This document shows, piece after piece, positions 15,201 to 20,000 of a stretch of DNA of 20,000 nucleotides (positions are counted from its first letter, which is position 1; each line of letters starts with the position of its first letter). Under the pieces are notes generated by a model that saw only the letters and a list, made by a program, of their open reading frames with translations, was not told the origin of the DNA and did no database searches. Source of the stretch: an uncultured virus (IMG/VR IMGVR_UViG_3300049846_002026) (Duplodnaviria > Heunggongvirae > Uroviricota > Caudoviricetes). A program made the translations under genes and the position numbers. The stretch lies in the IMG/VR virus record IMGVR_UViG_3300049846_002026. One strand, given 5' to 3'.

Positions 15201-18073
15201 GACACCGTAACGGACATAATGCGCCAGTCCGGGCTGATGTCGAAGTCAAACACGCGGCCCACCATGCTGAACGGCGAACCGACCAGCGAGTTGCTCAGGG
15301 TGAACTGGGTGCTGAGGGTGTCTTCCGCTCCGATGTCACGTACGGCAATCTGGACCGTTCCATCGACCGGTGGCCATGGTGCATCAGACGGCAGGGCCAG
15401 GAATGTGCCGAGACCGTTGGTGGTCACCGCCACATCTTCGTAGCTGATCTTGACGTCCTGCTCGTAGACCTGGAACACGTCGGCACCGGTCGGATCCACT
15501 ACATCGTGGCCACTCAGGCTGACGTACGAGATCTCGTTGATGACGGCCGGCTGGTTGTTGAAAAGGGCCAGGTCGATATCGGTACGAGTCTCGTACGCAG
15601 GGTACGGGGCCCAGGGTTCGGTTTCCAGCGTCGTTTCCAGGTTGCCTCGCGTGATCCGATGCTGCAGCGACCGCACATACTGGATCTTGGTCGCTTGCAC
15701 CGTGTCAAACGTTGCTTCTTCTACCATGACAGGGTCCCCGAGCTCCAGCATCGGGAGCAAGGTGTGCGTCACGGCAGTGCCCGGCTGTGGAATCCGCTGC
15801 CGGTAGATGAACACTTCCGCGAGGTACCGGGCAAACGCGTCGTCCGTGATGCTCTCATCGTAGATCACCGACTGCTTCACGTACCCCACGTAGTTGGCAG
15901 CCGTCGGATCGGTAATCGAGGCGACGTCCACCGCGCTTTGGGTCACGAACTCCTGCTCCGTCGGCGCCTTGGCTTCCGCGAACTTGTCGCTGTCGGTAAC
16001 CACGCCCTTCCGCCGTCCGACGATCGTCACTCGATTGCGGGTGGCGTCTTGCTGCCCGCGGACTTGCACCCCTTCCGCCACGTCATCCGTGGTCAGGGTC
16101 GGCACCACGCTGAGATCCGGGTCCTGCGCGTACACGATCAAGGCATCCAGATAGGCGCTGCCGGCGGTGTTTTCGCTAGTGAACCGGACGCGATACTCCG
16201 CGTACGGCCCCGAGAATACCGTTCCTAGGGTGGCGCTCGTGCCGGCTGTGGAGGTCCGGCTGGCGAACATGTGCTCCAGCACATTCAGCGAGTTGTCGGC
16301 CGGATCGACGACCAGGGTCGTCTGCAGCACGTTGCCGGCCACCAGATACACCTGCACGGTCCAGGTCAGAGCCGTGCTGATGCGCGGGAAAGCCACGTCA
16401 ATGCGCGCTCCGGTCACGATCTTTTCGACCACGGAGGCCGGGGTGGTGGCTTCCAGGTACGTCGCCCCGTACGCCGACGCCGACAGCTGCTCGGTCACGG
16501 TGCCAGAGACCACATCGGCCGCACGCAGGTCTTCAACGAACGACGGAGTGTTGGCCGGGTACAGCACCGCCGTGCCGTCCGCTGCAAAGCGGCAGACGTA
16601 GCCTAGCCGATCGGTCAGCTTCCGGATTGCAGCCCAGCTGTCCGTGGTCGGCTCCACAGGGAACATGTACTCGTCGTCGATCGGCCGGTTTTCTGTAAAG
16701 GCATACCCTACGTTGCCGTAGTGGGCCGGCCGCGGCAAGCGGACCTTGGTCCCAGACGTCGTTTCACCGCGGAACTGGTACGCCGGGCCCCATGGCAGCT
16801 CGATCGCCGTTCCTGTGCCATCCTGGGCCACGGAAAGGGCAGTCTTGCGGAACCGGGACGGATCCAGGCCTGCCCGCACGGCCATTTCCTCGACCGCCCA
16901 CGCCAGAGGCCAGTTGTCGAAGGCCGGGACGTTGTAGACCGGCTCCAGGAACTGTAGGTTGCTGGCCTCGCCGTAGTTCAGCGTACGCAGTCCGCGACTC
17001 ATGTAGCTGATCCGGTCCGGAACCTGCTCGTAGTGCTCCACCAACCGCCCCTCGAACCCCGCGCACGTCACACTCACGGTGGTCGGATCGTTGGTCGAGA
17101 AGTCCACGGTGTGGCCGGTGAACAGCGGAATCCAGGTGGGGGTGGCCTCTGGTCGAGCGACCTCGATCTGAACGAGCCGGAACCGCTTCAGGGTGGTGCC
17201 CGCGGTACCGCCGTCCCAGAGCTGCAACGCGCCCGGATCGTCCGACCCTGCCGGCCGCACGAACTCCCACCCGTGACCATCATGGTCATTCGGGTTGATC
17301 AGGGGGAACTGGATTTCCGCCCGACTGGCGGCACCGGAGTCCTGCGAGATCTGAATGTCCTTCACAAACGCCAGAGTGACTGGCGCAACATCCGATGCCG
17401 AGAACAAGCCGGCGCTGAGCACCGGCGCTTCGGCTGCAGTCCCACCTGACGGAATCGCCTTCACGACCAGTCCGCCCCACGGTTCCGTTCCAGTTTGGAT
17501 ATAGAGCACGTCGATCGTGGCACCCGCCGGCACCGCGACGGCTGCTGATTGCAGGAAGCCGCTGCTCAGGAACTCGCCTTCGGTCAGATCGCTCTCAAAC
17601 ACCTGCGTGCGAGTGGCCCCGTCAACGATGTCAATCCGGCACCAGCCACTGCCAGCGACAGCGAAGGTAACCGTCGAGCTGCCCGAGAACCACGCACGCT
17701 GCGCGGTCGGAACCAGGGTGCCACTGAACCGCAGCGCCACCTTGCCCGGAACGGTGCCTCCCCACCAGGACGGCGTGCCAGCGCCCCAATAGGTCTGCAC
17801 CACCGGCCAGCGGCCGTTGTTCACCAAGGTTGCCACATAGGCAGCGTCCGCGAGCTCGTCGGTCGGATTGGCTGACGGTCCGACGGCCTTGACCGCCGCC
17901 ACGTACGCAGCCCAGTCGGTGGTGACACTCTTGGGTTCGTATACGTACAGCGCCATGCCTGACGAGGCCACGTCGTTTTCCAGTACCGTGTACGGCGTGT
18001 CCCAAAGGCGCACGCGGAACTGCCAATCTTGGTCAGCCGCAAACCACGCGGCGGCATTGTTCGTAGCGCGCAT
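12215..18073 (-). CDS. Baseplate hub / tail-tip (Tal or gp27-like) protein with accessory domains (1952 aa)
   Basis: Hub-like motifs in about 15616-17390: WIPLFTGHTVDF..VSVTCAGFEGRL; SWAAIRKLTDRLGYVCRFAADGTAVLYP; TRNRVTIVG; ESITDDAFARYLA; LPMLELGDPVMVEE; YVRSLQHRITRGNLETTLE. PA14-like N-terminal domain and a long C-terminal extension. Confidence 0.75.
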   Translation of the reverse strand: MRATNNAAAWFAADQDWQFRVRLWDTPYTVLENDVASSGMALYVYEPKSVTTDWAAYVAAVKAVGPSANPTDELADAAYVATLVNNGRWPVVQTYWGAGTPSWWGGTVPGKVALRFSGTLVPTAQRAWFSGSSTVTFAVAGSGWCRIDIVDGATRTQVFESDLTEGEFLSSGFLQSAAVAVPAGATIDVLYIQTGTEPWGGLVVKAIPSGGTAAEAPVLSAGLFSASDVAPVTLAFVKDIQISQDSGAASRAEIQFPLINPNDHDGHGWEFVRPAGSDDPGALQLWDGGTAGTTLKRFRLVQIEVARPEATPTWIPLFTGHTVDFSTNDPTTVSVTCAGFEGRLVEHYEQVPDRISYMSRGLRTLNYGEASNLQFLEPVYNVPAFDNWPLAWAVEEMAVRAGLDPSRFRKTALSVAQDGTGTAIELPWGPAYQFRGETTSGTKVRLPRPAHYGNVGYAFTENRPIDDEYMFPVEPTTDSWAAIRKLTDRLGYVCRFAADGTAVLYPANTPSFVEDLRAADVVSGTVTEQLSASAYGATYLEATTPASVVEKIVTGARIDVAFPRISTALTWTVQVYLVAGNVLQTTLVVDPADNSLNVLEHMFASRTSTAGTSATLGTVFSGPYAEYRVRFTSENTAGSAYLDALIVYAQDPDLSVVPTLTTDDVAEGVQVRGQQDATRNRVTIVGRRKGVVTDSDKFAEAKAPTEQEFVTQSAVDVASITDPTAANYVGYVKQSVIYDESITDDAFARYLAEVFIYRQRIPQPGTAVTHTLLPMLELGDPVMVEEATFDTVQATKIQYVRSLQHRITRGNLETTLETEPWAPYPAYETRTDIDLALFNNQPAVINEISYVSLSGHDVVDPTGADVFQVYEQDVKISYEDVAVTTNGLGTFLALPSDAPWPPVDGTVQIAVRDIGAEDTLSTQFTLSNSLVGSPFSMVGRVFDFDISPDWRIMSVTVSWSVQAWDSNTQSYIFVGVAGANLALGSGSGSNYYQTSERRLSIYVGDVPFQPSATAPYMLSASVVYQMAGADLRNDWITNNPYHRFVTIDHDATAATETAATAARIKLDWRQGTGTGVYARDPAVTSYDVRYRAQLPSGGVDPNGLVSGEPFSPFYDPYTSELGYLVSVKADVLAEGLYRISLRNRQTNDTVAWFTNPGAPAKDDEQHWEYISTAQTLQFNWDGVDQVGLWNAQQSELYERLVGGTFGDEDPIRVGAGYYAWNREVSSGASLGPMAYVWMKEDANGRPYIGQGTFAEWYVHIESRTAAAGDVVIKSDTSIFTHLTEPTRLELKVEDWDLGTSQYVNPTLNVGTTTLGAWIRDGDGGANPAKPIRIRFKAMPRPGALWTGAEGEVNVKLTREVHLRVLIGDQCVVWKGGNFAGLAVEDRTIYNRRLVNDEHTLRYADSGFRKAKFLKWTDSDEYGVTEWVFQPSDFQKDFRLSGLRESIRFGDYLQLEEVPEWNGTRDVGTARSRLQFAVMSYLFYFSAFVTDRSGRSSWGLNRFLQNGTTPVIDKSKQLTTTDGVTWPDDPMYQHRRSIICRQWTNEPSWELAQRTAFNYAAGSLFDKLLKHWWWQHDITETTIGVSSPANWSSFSLTIDGYSDSHVSISAHDLPALYATEHRQLGTVTGVSSGLATIDQKLGSGGTWTFENGPAWVPSITRDLHPFYFVPPMWVPPAGGSLQGGSATQRTQNTYTSVAGPNTSVVAPNGTTIKVEDIAAATTWTAWTRDMTSHPLSASNRFYPGYQVEREYFRSENITAQPNMINYVRQDETIHYEELRGTYTRGSYPAGPPVKLNAAGPYYINHHRYFGVDVRNNLRAPGFPIFHTVENPLETRAGLKIDWFRTAFRSHYVWESGSMFPVDSRGRERLPMTLWWRTRFYGSNVATQLLYDYGAWTGWKDDMQGSTALVVKKDGEDCSAFTTDAMPVGVSSVLPETVELTAHLVLVPSRRGDL

Positions 18074-18225
18074 TAGGTCTCCCGGTCGGTAGAACGCACA
18101 ACAGGCCAGCGGTCCGGAGTCGGAAGGACTCGGCCGCTGGCCGTGAGTGCTGCCAAGGTAATCGTTGGTTCAGTTCCTGCCTGTCCCGCTGCGAACAAGG
18201 TCGTTGACACTGTTACTGGCAGCAT
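18073..18225 (-). CDS. Small hypothetical protein, 50 aa (below the ORF-track cut-off)
   Basis: MLPVTVSTTLFAAGQAGTEPTITLAALTASGRVLPTPDRWPVVRSTDRET*. It has an AGGGGT SD-like sequence 5 nt upstream, and its TAA overlaps the hub ATG (TAATG), the same coupling used at 12215 and 8367. Confidence 0.7.
   Translation of the reverse strand: MLPVTVSTTLFAAGQAGTEPTITLAALTASGRVLPTPDRWPVVRSTDRET
18104..18142 (-). other. GC-rich stem-loop (possible weak terminator, attenuator or processing site)
   Basis: Minus strand GGCCAGCGG-CC-GAGTC[CTTCC]GACTC-C-GG-A-CCGCTGGCC: 16 bp with two single-nt bulges, followed by TGTTGTGCGTTCT (imperfect U tract). Confidence 0.45.
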
Positions 18226-18243
18226 AGTCCACCCCTAAGTCAG

Positions 18244-19197
18244 TTACGCTCCGGTCCACGGTGTTCCGGATGTGCCGTTGCCGTTCACAACAGCTGAGTT
18301 GATCTCCCGTACATCGACCGGCATCCGATCGGTGCCGTCCGTGTAGGTTTCCAAGTTGTCCGCTGCGGTCGCATCCCCACTGATCTGGGTCACGTTGACC
18401 GGCATCGGTGTCGTACCGTCGGTGTAGCTCTCCAGATTGTCCGCCGCCACCGAGTCACCGCTGATTTGCGTGGTGTTCACCGGCATCGGGGTCGTACCGT
18501 CGCAGTACGACTCCAGGTTGTCCGCAGCCACCGAGTCTCCGCTGATCTGCGTGACGTTGACCGCGGGCAGGGTACCACTGTTGGCCGCGGGAGGCGTGCC
18601 CACCACCACCCAGGCAGTGCCGTTCGTCGGGCTCGATCCCCAGGTGTCCACAGTGGCCACGCCGGTACCCGTGTTGTAGCTCGTGATGATGCGCGGCGTA
18701 AAGCCCTGGATGAGCAGCGTGCTACCTTCCAAGGCGTACGACGGCGCGTTGGTCCCGAGGTCTGCTGTTGTCGCACTGTGCGTGCCCGACAACGTACCAG
18801 ATGCCAGCACACCGAAGTGCAGCGAGTTGTTGGGGTCCACAACGACCAGTTCGAGTTCCGCTACCACGGGAGCCATACCCGTTGCGCCGTGCAGGAACAC
18901 CACGGCCGACCCAACCCCAGTGGCACAGACGGCATCCGGCAGATCGAAGCGGTACACTCCCGGCATGTTCGTGGCATCGATTTCCACAAAGCCACCGTCG
19001 CTGTGCGCTCCGGTGACTGTCTGGGTTGCCAACGTGATGGCAACGCGCGAGCCCAGCGGTCGCACATACGACGCGGTTAGGCTGGCGGTGTTGTACGCCA
19101 AGCCGGTCTTGCCGGCGCCTGTGGTGGATGTAGAGTCGTTGATAAACAAGTACAGGGTGACATCCACTGAACCCCGTGAGAGCGTGATCTTAGCCAC
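18244..19197 (-). CDS. Putative virion structural protein with 27-aa tandem repeats (317 aa)
   Basis: GTG start with GGAGGT SD and an 8-nt overlap with the upstream gene. Beta-rich N-terminal domain (FVEIDATNMPGVYRFDLPDA) and C-terminal repeats. Confidence 0.75.
   Translation of the reverse strand: MAKITLSRGSVDVTLYLFINDSTSTTGAGKTGLAYNTASLTASYVRPLGSRVAITLATQTVTGAHSDGGFVEIDATNMPGVYRFDLPDAVCATGVGSAVVFLHGATGMAPVVAELELVVVDPNNSLHFGVLASGTLSGTHSATTADLGTNAPSYALEGSTLLIQGFTPRIITSYNTGTGVATVDTWGSSPTNGTAWVVVGTPPAANSGTLPAVNVTQISGDSVAADNLESYCDGTTPMPVNTTQISGDSVAADNLESYTDGTTPMPVNVTQISGDATAADNLETYTDGTDRMPVDVREINSAVVNGNGTSGTPWTGA
18318..18560 (-). repeat. Three tandem 81-bp (27-aa) coding repeats
   Basis: Units start at 18318, 18399 and 18480 (each begins ccggcat on +). 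Consensus VN(V/T)TQISGD(S/A)(V/T)AADNLE(S/T)Y(T/C)DGT(T/D)(P/R)MP. Confidence 0.95.
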
Positions 19198-20000
19198 GAA
19201 TACCTCCAGTCATTCCTGAGTTTACCTTGATACCGCCGCCGCCTGAACCGGTGCCGTCATCGAGTGATGACACCAGAAGGCTGATCATGGGGATTTCAGT
19301 GGTGCTGGGGGTGCCCCAGGCGCCCTGGTCTGCACGTGAGTTGCCGGCGATGCTCGTGCCGCCGTAAATCACTCGATGATTTGCGTCATTCAGTGTGATA
19401 GTGCTCAGCGTCACGCTGTTTGTGGTCGTTGGGCGTACGGCAACGCGATAGGTGGTGCCCGCAGTGAACGTCAGTTCCTGCGTCCAGTAGTAGATGCCAC
19501 GACGAAGCGTGCCCGCTACCGCAGTCGCATTATTGTCGACCGTGATGGTGCCACCAGACAATGGCGTCGTACCGCTGTACGCAATGACTTCAAAGTCCGC
19601 ACCAGAAGCAACCGACAAATCGATCTGCACGCCGTCTGAGCGAAACGTGACTTCCGGCGTGAACTCCAGCCCCCGTTCGTCACCCGCATTGAGTCCGCCG
19701 CCGGTGCCCGTTGTGTCCAGATTGAACGCCCGCGTGTTGTAGACCTGCGCCGGCACACTCAACCCTACAGTTCCAAAGGTTCCGTCCGTGAACTCCAGCA
19801 GCAGCGCTGGCTGCACTGCCTGGTCGGCCCACGATCCCGTAAAGAGGGCAGCACTGCTGATTGTGCCGCGCAGTGCCGTGCTCATGCTAGACAAGCCGCG
19901 CAAAATGATGCTGTCGGCAGCAGTGAATGTCACGAAATCGAACACCACTGAGACCATTTCGCCTAGCGTTACCGTGCGATTGGTGCTCAGCGCCACACGG
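19190..20000 (-). CDS. Putative virion beta-sandwich protein (DUF4082-like pattern), probably 5'-truncated by the window edge
   Basis: The frame is open to the edge, so GTG 19996 is probably internal. GDERGLEFTPEVTFRSDGV...ELTFTAGTTYRVAVRP resembles the DUF4082 pattern. Ends in a Gly linker plus IKVNSGMTGGIRG. Confidence 0.65.
   Translation of the reverse strand, partial: RVALSTNRTVTLGEMVSVVFDFVTFTAADSIILRGLSSMSTALRGTISSAALFTGSWADQAVQPALLLEFTDGTFGTVGLSVPAQVYNTRAFNLDTTGTGGGLNAGDERGLEFTPEVTFRSDGVQIDLSVASGADFEVIAYSGTTPLSGGTITVDNNATAVAGTLRRGIYYWTQELTFTAGTTYRVAVRPTTTNSVTLSTITLNDANHRVIYGGTSIAGNSRADQGAWGTPSTTEIPMISLLVSSLDDGTGSGGGGIKVNSGMTGGIRG

Noticed and set aside
1702..18073. Bacterial secreted adhesin/autotransporter locus or contractile injection system
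   Set aside because: No signal peptides, beta-barrel or secretion genes, and no sheath, tube or wedge genes in the window. The S74 fibre, hub, tight gene coupling and lysis-like cassette fit a phage tail module better.
17790..18115. RWPVV pentapeptide shared by the 50-aa protein and the hub N-terminus
   Set aside because: Too short to distinguish from chance, and the flanks do not align.
18318..18560. 81-bp repeats as a CRISPR array or DGR template/variable repeat
   Set aside because: They are contiguous in-frame coding repeats with no spacers, differences are mostly synonymous and not adenine-specific, and no reverse transcriptase or cas gene is in the window.
496..19742. Many plus-strand ORFs, some long (6227-7228, 8919-9974, 12251-13177, 2860-3684)
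   Set aside because: All lie antisense to well-supported minus-strand genes. High GC and biased codon use suppress stops in shadow frames, and the translations show no recognisable protein features.

Overview
GC-rich window that is almost entirely coding on the minus strand. It looks like the distal tail module and the start of the lysis module of a tailed phage or prophage. In transcription order (right to left): a 5'-truncated beta-sandwich virion protein; a 317-aa virion protein with three 27-aa tandem repeats; a 50-aa gene missed by the ORF track; a 1952-aa baseplate-hub/tail-tip-like protein with accessory domains; a 1282-aa FN3/Ig-rich tail protein; a 2221-aa tail fibre ending in a peptidase S74 intramolecular chaperone; and a 166-aa putative fibre-tip adhesin. 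After a sigma70-like promoter come four small genes: a single-TM protein, a CxxC protein, a two-TM holin candidate with a dual-start motif, and a 3'-truncated spanin-like protein. No endolysin, tape measure, sheath, RNA gene, CRISPR array, DGR or mobile element is visible. I see no clearly new biological system. The best leads are the translational-control signals of the lysis cassette, the structured 50-aa gene, and the nested, shared-domain architecture of the tail proteins. All domain calls are by-eye motif recognition, not database hits.
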